The notes beneath the pieces were generated by a model. It did no database searches, was not told the origin of the DNA, and saw nothing but the letters and a program-made list of their open reading frames with translations. From Candidatus Hodarchaeota archaeon (lineage in GTDB: Archaea > Asgardarchaeota > Heimdallarchaeia > Hodarchaeales > Hodarchaeaceae), in NCBI GenBank assembly GCA_016839815.1, contig JAEOTM010000080.1, positions 1 to 26,327 of the forward strand: a stretch of 26,327 nucleotides of DNA, in the 5' to 3' direction. Positions 16,798 through 25,252 of this stretch are shown one piece after another. Made by a program: the position numbers and the translations under genes. Position 1 is the first letter of the stretch, and each line of letters starts with the position of its first letter.

Positions 16798-16913
16798 TCT
16801 TCTTTAATTCTCATTCTTTTCATTTTGCTTGGTCTTCTGTTTATGATAACCCGTACCTTTAAAAACCGCACAACCTATTATTGAGGAAAACATTTTCCAG
16901 AGAGAGATTTCAA

Positions 16914-17711
16914 ATGAGTTTTATAACATCAGACGAAGAAGTAAAGAGGATAAATCAATCTGAATTTACATTATATGGTGCAAAAATCGCGTTTGTTTAT
17001 TGGTTAACAAGAGAGGAGATCATACAGAAACTACTACCTCCACCACTAAAACCGTTTAATGATCCATTGGCTTTAGCTTATATAGCCGATTTCCCACGAA
17101 TAAGCTTTGGTTTACCGTACAAAGAAGGGGCAATTTTCCTTGCCGCGACCTATCAGAATGTTCCCGGATTGTATTGTCTTTCCATGATTGTTACACATGA
17201 CATTGCAATGGCTGGTGGACGGGAATTTATGGGTTTTCCTAAGAAAATTGCGGATATTTCAATGTATATTGATGACACTATGATCAAAGGAAGTATCCGA
17301 AGACACAACATTGAGTTTTTTGGAATCGAGGTTGATTTAACCGCTGATTCTAATGATGAAATAGCAGGAAATATTCTTTTGTCTCTTTGGTCAAATCCTG
17401 CTGGTACTCCGTATTACAATTTTATGCACCCTTATCATCCTGGAACTGCGAAGGTTATTAAACCGGTTAATCTTGTAGAATTTTACCTTGGATCCGCTAA
17501 TGAGGAAGTGTTCAATTATGGTTCAGGTAAGATTTCATTAAAGCCTTCTATGTTTGATCCATGGCATGAAGTTGAGGTTGTTAAAACTTTAGGGAGTGTT
17601 TTCGTTGTTCACGATACTATAATGCGAAAAGGGAATATCCTAACCGAGGTAGACCCCAAAGAGTATGCGCCTTATGCTTATAAAATGTGGGATCCTCTTC
17701 CAGAACAATAA
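16914..17711 (+). CDS. Acetoacetate decarboxylase (ADC) family protein
   Basis: LLPPPL, YKEG, GGREFMGFPKKIA (Schiff-base Lys motif), DPW. ATG 16914 is preferred over TTG 16881. Confidence 0.85.
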   Translation: MSFITSDEEVKRINQSEFTLYGAKIAFVYWLTREEIIQKLLPPPLKPFNDPLALAYIADFPRISFGLPYKEGAIFLAATYQNVPGLYCLSMIVTHDIAMAGGREFMGFPKKIADISMYIDDTMIKGSIRRHNIEFFGIEVDLTADSNDEIAGNILLSLWSNPAGTPYYNFMHPYHPGTAKVIKPVNLVEFYLGSANEEVFNYGSGKISLKPSMFDPWHEVEVVKTLGSVFVVHDTIMRKGNILTEVDPKEYAPYAYKMWDPLPEQ

Positions 17712-17857
17712 ACCAGAAATTTGACTGATTTTTTGAAGGTTTCAAATTTTTGTTAAGATTGAGGAAGTTTTTCAATCTCAATCTACGCACTTTGTAGATC
17801 TTTTGTAGCTACATAACATTCTTCAAATATTTCTTCCTATTTTCTGTGTAAGATATA

Positions 17858-19123
17858 ATGCAGATGGTTCCTGACCATATGGAGGTACACTTCATGAAAC
17901 AGCTGACAAAGATTTTTAAGACATTTAATTTTGATAAAGAAGCTCAAGAACAGAATGAAATGATACTTGAAATGGTTTACGAGCTCGCAATGAATGAAAT
18001 CATTGAAAAAGAGCAAGATTGGGATGAAGAGGGGGCTCATTTTGACCCCACCACAAAAAAGGTTTCTTATCCTTCAGGGATGATGGACCTTTACAAGAAG
18101 TGCCAACAAAGCGATCTTTTCTCAATTATCGTTCCAGAGAAGTATGATGGATATGGTTTGAGCTATACCTTATGGAATGCAGTCATTGAGTTAATGGCTA
18201 GAGCATCTCTAGCATTTTCCATGTTTTTCCCAAGTCAAGGACTGAATATTGAAATAATTAATAATTTTGGCACACCTGAAGCTAAAGATAAATATTTACC
18301 TCTTTTAGCCAGTGGTGATGCGATTGGGGCAATGGCGTTTTCTGAACCAAATGCAGGTTCGGATATTTCGGCCGTAACCACGAAAGCGGAAAAAGAAGGA
18401 GATTCATACTATCTAACGGGTAATAAAATTTGGCTTAGTCACGGAGGGGCTGCTGGAACTTATATTACATTTGCAGTGACGGATAAAACAGCGGGTCCCA
18501 AAGGATTAAGCGCTTTCATTGTTGACCCAAAAATTGCAGGTTCAAATATGGAAGTTGTTGGGATTGAACACAAAATGGGTTTACATGGATCAATCACTTC
18601 CTCAATGGCATTAGATCGGGCTGAAGTTCCCAAAGAAAACCTTTTAGGTAAAGAAAATGATGGTTTCAGGCTTATTCTTGGAAGTCTTGCCTCCAGCAGA
18701 ATAGGAATAGCAGCTCAAGCGGTTGGAATATCAGAAACGGCACTCCAAGAAAGTATTAATTATTCTTTGCAGCGTTCCCAATTTGGAAGGCCCATTGGAA
18801 AGCATCAAGCTATTTCGTTTATGCTGGCTGATATGGCGACGAGAGTTCATCAATCTCGACTACTTTATTTGAATACAGCCCAAATGAAACATGTAGGTGC
18901 TAATACACAGATTGAATCTTCAATGGCAAAGTATTGGGCAACAGAAATGGCACAAAAAGTAACTTATGACGCCGTTCAGGTTCATGGAGGGTATGGGTAT
19001 AGCCAGGATTATTCAGTCTCAAGATTATTTAGAGATGCTCGTGTATTGACCATCTATGAGGGTACATCTGAAATGCAAAAGACCATTATCTCACGAGGCA
19101 CCTTAGCTCGTGCTCAAAAGTAA
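17858..19123 (+). CDS. Acyl-CoA dehydrogenase
   Basis: AFSEPNAGSD, GNKIW, EHKMGLHGS, RIGIAAQAVG, RSQFGRPI, VQVHGGYGY, IYEGTSEMQ. Confidence 0.95.
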   Translation: MQMVPDHMEVHFMKQLTKIFKTFNFDKEAQEQNEMILEMVYELAMNEIIEKEQDWDEEGAHFDPTTKKVSYPSGMMDLYKKCQQSDLFSIIVPEKYDGYGLSYTLWNAVIELMARASLAFSMFFPSQGLNIEIINNFGTPEAKDKYLPLLASGDAIGAMAFSEPNAGSDISAVTTKAEKEGDSYYLTGNKIWLSHGGAAGTYITFAVTDKTAGPKGLSAFIVDPKIAGSNMEVVGIEHKMGLHGSITSSMALDRAEVPKENLLGKENDGFRLILGSLASSRIGIAAQAVGISETALQESINYSLQRSQFGRPIGKHQAISFMLADMATRVHQSRLLYLNTAQMKHVGANTQIESSMAKYWATEMAQKVTYDAVQVHGGYGYSQDYSVSRLFRDARVLTIYEGTSEMQKTIISRGTLARAQK

Positions 19124-19147
19124 AATTTAAAGGTGGATGTCTGAAAA

Positions 19148-19948
19148 TTGAATATTTTAGTTTTTGTAAAAGCAACAATTGATAGAAACGCTCCTTTAGA
19201 TCCTGATGAGACGTTTCCAGGAGATCGGGATGATAAGAGCGATGTTATGACGAATAACTACGATAAAAACGCGATAGAAGCAGCTTTACAGATTGTAGAG
19301 AAGAAAGGTGAAGGTAAAGTTACTGCTGTTTGTCTTGGATCTGATATGGCCGATAAAGTTGTAAAAGAGGCAATTGCAATGGGATGCCACGAAGCAATTC
19401 GGATTGAAAATTCAAAGGCTGAAGTCACTCATTTTTTCTCGGTCGCAAAAATCCTTGCTGCTGCTGCTAAAAAGGTAGGAGAATTTGATTTACTCTTATT
19501 CGGGATGCAAAGTTATGATTACGGAACAGCTACTATGGCCCCTATGGTATCTGAATTTCTTGATCTTCCTCTAGCCTGTTGGGTTGAAAAAGTAGCCTTC
19601 AATAATGGAAAAGTCATTGTTGATAAGGTTATTGAGGGTGGAATCCGTAGAGTTGAACTTCAAATACCCGCTGTTCTGAGTATCGCCAGCTCTGGTGACT
19701 TTGAAGAACCCCGGTATACTAGTGTTCGACGAATCATGAAAGCGAGTAAGACGGCAGTTCCTGTATGGGAAATTGCTGATCTCGGAATCGACGAGAAAAA
19801 ACCCTCTGTTGAATTTGATGATATCGAGGAACCGCCAGCTCGAACCGAAAAATGTGTAGTTCTTGATGATGGTGATGCAAGTGAACTCGTGGGTGAACTA
19901 CTTGAAGCCTTGAAGGAGAAAGGCTTGAATCTAGGAGCTTACAAATAG
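19148..19948 (+). CDS. etfB: Electron transfer flavoprotein beta subunit
   Basis: YDKNAIEAAL, AIAMG, DLLLFGMQSYD, EPRYTS. TTG start. Confidence 0.92.
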   Translation: MNILVFVKATIDRNAPLDPDETFPGDRDDKSDVMTNNYDKNAIEAALQIVEKKGEGKVTAVCLGSDMADKVVKEAIAMGCHEAIRIENSKAEVTHFFSVAKILAAAAKKVGEFDLLLFGMQSYDYGTATMAPMVSEFLDLPLACWVEKVAFNNGKVIVDKVIEGGIRRVELQIPAVLSIASSGDFEEPRYTSVRRIMKASKTAVPVWEIADLGIDEKKPSVEFDDIEEPPARTEKCVVLDDGDASELVGELLEALKEKGLNLGAYK

Positions 19949-19959
19949 GGTGATTCAAA

Positions 19960-20925
19960 ATGGCGAAAATATTAGTAATATTAGAGAATGCAAAAGGAAA
20001 AATTGTCGGACTTACGAGAGAATGTCTGTCTGTGGTACAAAAGCTCGCGGGAGATTTAAGTGCTGAAATTGAAGGAATCATCCTGGGACATGAAATTGGT
20101 AATTTAGCCCAAGAAGCAGGGAAATTTGGAGTAAAGAAAGTCTATAAGGTTGATGATGCTCAATTTGACGGTATAAATATTCTTTATCACGTTCGAACAA
20201 TCGAGGGTTTAATTAAAGAGATCGATCCCTCACTGGTGATTGCAGGTGCAAGTCTCTACGGCCAAGAACTCGTTCCTAGGTTAGCTGCAAGATTTGATAA
20301 AGCCATGTTTGCCTCTGTGAATAGCTTAACGGTGGAAGATGATGAGTATGAAGGAATTCATCCCCTTTTTGAAGAGAAGCTATTCGTTTCAATGGAAGGA
20401 TCAACCGATGAATTAACATTTGCTACGATACTTGGAGGAAATAATCCAGAAGCTGAACCTGATGATAGTTTATCTGCTGAAGTGGTTGACTTTTCCCCCG
20501 TAATTGAAGAATTAGACAAGCGAGAATCTTTTGTTGAGGAAACTGTTGCTAAAGTTTCAGTGGATATAACAAAAGCCAAGCTCCTCGTCAGTGGTGGTCG
20601 TGGAGTTGGTAGTGGGGAAAAATTTGTCGTCATCACTGATGCAGCAAAAGCTCTTGGCGGAGAAGTAGGCGCTAGCAGAGCAGCGGTTGATGCAGGATGG
20701 GTAGCATATGATCATGAAATCGGTCAGACTGGAAAAACGGTTACTCCAGATTTTTACATCGCCTGTGGTATTTCTGGTGCCATTCAACATTTAGTAGGCA
20801 TGAGAAATAGTAAAACTATCATTGTGGTCAACACAGATGAGGAAGCACCAATTATCGAAATTGCGCATTATGCCATCATCGGAGATCTTCACGAAGTTTT
20901 ACCCGAATTAGTAAAAAAGCTCTAA
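19960..20925 (+). CDS. etfA: Electron transfer flavoprotein alpha subunit
   Basis: VSGGRG, GASRAAVDAGW, IGQTGKTV, GISGAIQHLVGM; GGGTGA SD upstream. Confidence 0.95.
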   Translation: MAKILVILENAKGKIVGLTRECLSVVQKLAGDLSAEIEGIILGHEIGNLAQEAGKFGVKKVYKVDDAQFDGINILYHVRTIEGLIKEIDPSLVIAGASLYGQELVPRLAARFDKAMFASVNSLTVEDDEYEGIHPLFEEKLFVSMEGSTDELTFATILGGNNPEAEPDDSLSAEVVDFSPVIEELDKRESFVEETVAKVSVDITKAKLLVSGGRGVGSGEKFVVITDAAKALGGEVGASRAAVDAGWVAYDHEIGQTGKTVTPDFYIACGISGAIQHLVGMRNSKTIIVVNTDEEAPIIEIAHYAIIGDLHEVLPELVKKL

Positions 20926-21015
20926 GCTGTTTTTCCCCAATCTATTTTTATTCCCTACCTTGTAGAGAACAGTTTCCCATATTTGCTCAAAAATAAAAAA
21001 GAGGAGACTAGATAA

Positions 21016-21558
21016 CTAGTCTCTGGAGCCAAACATATTTCCGATGAATAAACCTGCCCAACCGACAACCATTAGGACAAGGGTGATGATGTTAAGATTC
21101 TCAATACCACCTGTAAAGTTATCATCAAGAAGTGCCCCTAACACAATTAGAAGATAGTGTACTACAGTAGCAACTAATCCAAGCAAAAGTCCAATGGTAC
21201 CAAAACCTAGGGGCTCCATACCTGCTAATTTTTGAACTGGAGGCAGTGCAACAAGCAGGAAACCGATGAAACCGACTGCTATGAATACGAACATCCACAG
21301 AGCTGCGATATCCCAAATAATCTGCATGTTTGGAGAAGCAAAGTCAGCAAAGTCCATTGAAGTCCCTGGTACGCCTGTCATTTTTAATCCAGCGCCATCC
21401 CAGAAGAGATCCATGGTGAGTGTTATTCCCATGGCACTTTCACTATCTGTAATAAAACCAAAACCAGTCATCTTTAAAATTGGAACCACTAATGCGCATA
21501 CAGCAAATGCAAGTGCTCCAATTAGTCCTATTATTGCATCATTTTTACTTTCAGCCAT
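21016..21558 (-). CDS. Hypothetical 4-TM membrane protein
   Basis: Four hydrophobic segments with a ~50-aa loop between TM1 and TM2; clean ATG start; fills the gap between etfA and the Fe-S gene. Confidence 0.75.
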   Translation of the reverse strand: MAESKNDAIIGLIGALAFAVCALVVPILKMTGFGFITDSESAMGITLTMDLFWDGAGLKMTGVPGTSMDFADFASPNMQIIWDIAALWMFVFIAVGFIGFLLVALPPVQKLAGMEPLGFGTIGLLLGLVATVVHYLLIVLGALLDDNFTGGIENLNIITLVLMVVGWAGLFIGNMFGSRD

Positions 21559-21821
21559 AATAATTCATCTCAATTTTGAGAACCCATAACATTTAGGTAA
21601 GTCACTTTTAAGTGTTTACATCCCCAGTAATACCTAAGAGCGAACAGTCATATTAACCCTAATATTTGAATTGGATAAATTTGTTTTATAATAAAAGGAT
21701 ATAATTCATCTGATTTGTAATCGGCAAAAATTCAAAAGTCATAATGAGAACCCAATTTTTCAGTTCAGAAAGTTGAGAATAAGGATAAAGTTCTTCATTA
21801 GATTTTCTTTATTACTCACAA

Positions 21822-21850
21822 ATTCACCATAATTGTGAATAAATTGTCAA
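21822..21850. promoter_or_regulatory. Putative operator: overlapping inverted repeats upstream of the membrane Fe-S oxidoreductase
   Basis: ATTCACcAT-a-ATtGTGAAT (21822-21840) overlaps TTGTGAA-taaa-TTGTCAA (21833-21850). Confidence 0.4.
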
Positions 21851-21878
21851 TTACTTATAATAACAAATGGGTGAAACT

Positions 21879-24077
21879 ATGATAGATGCATTATTAACAA
21901 TATCCCAAGATTGGTTTCGAGATGCACGAAGAGAGGCCTACTGGCCTAGTAGTATTGAACTCTACGGTAAACAAATTGGTTTTTTAATATACTTATGTGC
22001 AGCAATAGCTGTTATCGTTTTACTTATTGGTCTTTACAGGAATATGCGCGTTTGGTTTCATGGTAAATATGATCACGAAAAACAGTCACTTTTCTCATTT
22101 ATATTAACTTTAATCAAACGTGGGCTTAAAAATATTTTCTCCCGCTCTTTTCCCAAGCGTTTATATTATGGAATTGGTTCTGGAATCTTAAAACGAGAAG
22201 CTAGGGAACGTTCGAGTTTCATTGTCCATACAATGATTATGCTTGGATTCTTGGGTTCAGCAATAGCAACAATTGCTATTACTATCCATGAATATCTATT
22301 CCATGAAGAACTTCTCGTTGGACCTTTGTATCTTCTTCTTAACATTGGTGCTGATATTGCGGGGGTATTATTATTTTTTGGAGTACTTCTAGCGTTTATG
22401 CGTCGTTTCTTTCAAGAAAAATCATTCTATGAACGAGCAGGACTTGAAGATCTCGTTTTACTCCTTCTCCTCTTCTGGATCAGTATTTCTGGGTTTTTTG
22501 TGGAAGCTTCCAGAATTTTGTATGGCTTAAACAATTTACCCATTGATATTGAAGGAGTATCCTACCCTAACATCGATTTTGAAATTACTTCATTTATCGG
22601 GTTTCCTCTGGCCCTAATACTTGGTATCTTCATTACTACAGATAATATGATTTTTACAGTTCATGCGTTCTTTTATCTCTCACATTTACTATGTGTCCTC
22701 ACATTAGCTATCATTCTAACTTTCAGTAAGTTCTTTCATGTTTTAGCTGGAGTAGGAAATATCATTTTGACTGATGTTGACAAAAAGAAAGGCCAATTAC
22801 ATTTTAGTGAAGATGGAATAAATAAAATTGAAGACTTTTCCTTCTTCCAGCTCTTGGAAGCTTCTGCCTGTATGAAGTGTCATTTTTGTCATAATTATTG
22901 CCCTGCACAAGACTCAGGTGAACCCCTTTCTCCATTGAAAGTCATTCAAGATGTTAAGAATTGGGGAAAACAGCAGTACGGATTGATACAGGCTAATAAA
23001 GATGTTTCGATACTTGGTGATAAATCTGGACTCACTCAAGATGTTTTATGGGCATGTGTTACTTGTTATGCCTGCACCAACGCCTGTCCTCATCTTATTG
23101 GGCATGTAGATATGATTGTCGGTATGAGAGCCTCATTGATAGAAGAGGGTAATGTTCCTGGAACATTTACAACAATGCTAGAAAGTGTGTATCAGTATGG
23201 GAATGTATGGAATCAACCAAAACGAGACCGTACAAATTGGTTGAAAGAGGGAAAACTTCCCAAAATTAAGAAATCAGAGTCCAAATTACTCTGGCTTCCT
23301 GGAGATACACTTGCGTACGATCCACGTAATCAAAAAGTAGCTCGTGCGACCTATGAGATCTTTTCTAAGTCTGAACTTGATTATGGGACCTTTGGTGATG
23401 CAGAAAAGAATGACGGTAATGAAATGCGACGTTTAGGCGAGGAAGCGTTATTTAAAATGCTTGCTGAAGATAATATCAAAATGTACCAGAAAAGAGACGT
23501 TAAACGTATTGTTACCTCCTCACCTCATACATTTAACACCATTAAAAATGAATATCCTGAATATGGTGGTGACTTTGACGTAGTCCATATTACTACTTTC
23601 TTACTCGAATTGATTGAGCATGGTAGAATACAGTTCTCCACTGATTTAAACTATGAAGTTACCTACCACGATCCTTGCTATCTTGGTCGCTACAACGATG
23701 AGTATGAATCTCCCCGTAAAATCATTGAAAAACTTCCTGGTGTTACCTTCCGTGAAATGCCGAATCATGGGCAATTCTCTTATTGCTGTGGTGGTGGTGG
23801 GGGTAATATGTTTCGTGAAACACCTGAATGGGTTGAAACAAGAATCTCAGAGAAACGCATACTCGAAGCAAAGGATACTTTGAGGAGTTCTGAAAAATCA
23901 GGTAATGAAAACGGTCCTAAAAAAGTCTTAATTACCGCCTGTCCCTTCTGTACAAGTATGTTAACTGATGCTTTAAAAACACAACAATTAGAAGAAGAAT
24001 TTGAAGTAAAGGATTTAGTTGAATTAGTAAATGAGGCTATGGGCTCTCCTCCCTCATCAGATGAGAATTCCAGTTAA
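21879..24077 (+). CDS. Membrane-bound heterodisulfide-reductase-like Fe-S oxidoreductase (FadF / ETF:quinone oxidoreductase EMO type): cytochrome-b-like TM domain, 2x[4Fe-4S] and CCG domains
   Basis: TM domain with His residues (IVHTM, SHLL, SKFFHV); CMKCHFCHNYCP and CVTCYACTNACP; YHDPCYLGR, CCGGGGG, TACPFC. ATG 21879 follows GGGTGA; 21867 is also possible. Confidence 0.9.
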   Translation: MIDALLTISQDWFRDARREAYWPSSIELYGKQIGFLIYLCAAIAVIVLLIGLYRNMRVWFHGKYDHEKQSLFSFILTLIKRGLKNIFSRSFPKRLYYGIGSGILKREARERSSFIVHTMIMLGFLGSAIATIAITIHEYLFHEELLVGPLYLLLNIGADIAGVLLFFGVLLAFMRRFFQEKSFYERAGLEDLVLLLLLFWISISGFFVEASRILYGLNNLPIDIEGVSYPNIDFEITSFIGFPLALILGIFITTDNMIFTVHAFFYLSHLLCVLTLAIILTFSKFFHVLAGVGNIILTDVDKKKGQLHFSEDGINKIEDFSFFQLLEASACMKCHFCHNYCPAQDSGEPLSPLKVIQDVKNWGKQQYGLIQANKDVSILGDKSGLTQDVLWACVTCYACTNACPHLIGHVDMIVGMRASLIEEGNVPGTFTTMLESVYQYGNVWNQPKRDRTNWLKEGKLPKIKKSESKLLWLPGDTLAYDPRNQKVARATYEIFSKSELDYGTFGDAEKNDGNEMRRLGEEALFKMLAEDNIKMYQKRDVKRIVTSSPHTFNTIKNEYPEYGGDFDVVHITTFLLELIEHGRIQFSTDLNYEVTYHDPCYLGRYNDEYESPRKIIEKLPGVTFREMPNHGQFSYCCGGGGGNMFRETPEWVETRISEKRILEAKDTLRSSEKSGNENGPKKVLITACPFCTSMLTDALKTQQLEEEFEVKDLVELVNEAMGSPPSSDENSS

Positions 24078-24086
24078 AAATTTTTC

Positions 24087-24133
24087 AGAGGAGAATTAAA
24101 TCTCCTCTCTCATCTTTTTTCTATTTTTATTTT
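24087..24133 (+). terminator. Putative terminator after the Fe-S oxidoreductase gene
   Basis: Perfect 8-bp stem AGAGGAGA-attaaa-TCTCCTCT (24087-24108) followed by T-tracts. Confidence 0.6.
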
Positions 24134-24222
24134 GTGCTCATATGGTAAGAAAGATATCAAGGTAAGCTTCAAAAACTGGGTTTCTACTTTATCTAAATTA
24201 ATTTCAACCATGGGTGTGCTCT

Positions 24223-25176
24223 ATGAAAGAATTTTTTATGGTAGTTAATCCAACAGCTGCTGGTGGTAGGGTAGAAAAGATATGGAAAAAGAAAATCGTG
24301 CCAAAAATTGACTCAAAATTAGAATATGATTTTGAATATACAACAGGTATCGGTCACGCGCTTGAACTAGCTAAACAGAAATCAAATGAAGGGTACAAAG
24401 TCATTTGTTCAGTCGGAGGTGATGGTACAGCAAACGAGGTTATCAACGGTGTACTCAAGGCAGAGAAAAAGAGCATCTTTAGCGCCTTTACTGTTGGAAC
24501 AGGTAATGATATTCCCACAGTATTTGGGATCCCAGAGGGTGATATAGATGCTATCATTGAAAGTCTTATTACTGGCCAAGATAAGAAGTTCGATGTTGGA
24601 TATTGTGTAAACGCCGATCGATATTTTGGGGGTGTTGCCTCAATGGGTTTTGATGCTGAAGTTGCTGACAGATCGAATAGAGGGACAAAGAAGTTAAGTG
24701 GTACGATAAATTATCAACGAGCTGTCTTAACAACATTATTAAAATTTAAACCGTATAATATCATAATAGAACCAAATACTGGGCAAACTGTTGAAGGTCC
24801 AAGAATGCTTGTTGCTATTGGTAATGGAAAGCGATATGGTGGTGGAATGCACATCTGTCCTAATGCTGATCCGCATGATAATCTCTTTAATGGAACTACT
24901 TTAAAGAAAATCAGCCGATTTACGCTTATTCGACTGTTATCGTTAGTCTATGATGGTAAACATTTGAATCATCCAGCGGTTGAGACTTTTGAAGGGAATA
25001 TCATCAAAGTTGATTCTCCCGAGAAAAAATGTCTTTATCAGGTTGATGGGGAAATCTTAGGTCATCTTCCTGAGACTTTTATTACAAAACCAAATTTCAT
25101 CACCGCACGTGTTCCCGACCCATGGATTCCTTACTCTGAAATGTGGGAACAACAACTAAACGAGAAAAAGAAATAA
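24223..25176 (+). CDS. Diacylglycerol/sphingosine kinase family lipid kinase (YegS/BmrU-like)
   Basis: VNPTAAGG, GGDGTANEVING, GTGND, GFDAEV, GNGKRYGGG, QVDGE. ATG 24223 is preferred. Confidence 0.92.
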   Translation: MKEFFMVVNPTAAGGRVEKIWKKKIVPKIDSKLEYDFEYTTGIGHALELAKQKSNEGYKVICSVGGDGTANEVINGVLKAEKKSIFSAFTVGTGNDIPTVFGIPEGDIDAIIESLITGQDKKFDVGYCVNADRYFGGVASMGFDAEVADRSNRGTKKLSGTINYQRAVLTTLLKFKPYNIIIEPNTGQTVEGPRMLVAIGNGKRYGGGMHICPNADPHDNLFNGTTLKKISRFTLIRLLSLVYDGKHLNHPAVETFEGNIIKVDSPEKKCLYQVDGEILGHLPETFITKPNFITARVPDPWIPYSEMWEQQLNEKKK

Positions 25177-25252
25177 TGGTTATATTTTTTGTAATGAAAA
25201 CCTAATACAGATAGAATTTTGAATATTATTGAATTTAAGTAGTGAATTTCTG

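Noticed and set aside
210-20925. Genome-wide TAA reassignment, suggested by two suspicious TAA stops
   Set aside because: Other TAA-terminated genes (corrinoid protein, thiolase, acyl-CoA dehydrogenase, etfA) end where their families normally end, so any readthrough would be local.
673-24557. Short overlapping ORFs from the track (673, 2358, 2604, 3658, 4486, 6975, 8134, 9799, 9948, 10883, 11026, 14186, 15186, 15322, 17837, 19734, 20358, 20557, 21125, 21266, 23653, 24354)
   Set aside because: All lie antisense or out of frame within well-supported genes and show no recognisable motifs; treated as shadow ORFs.
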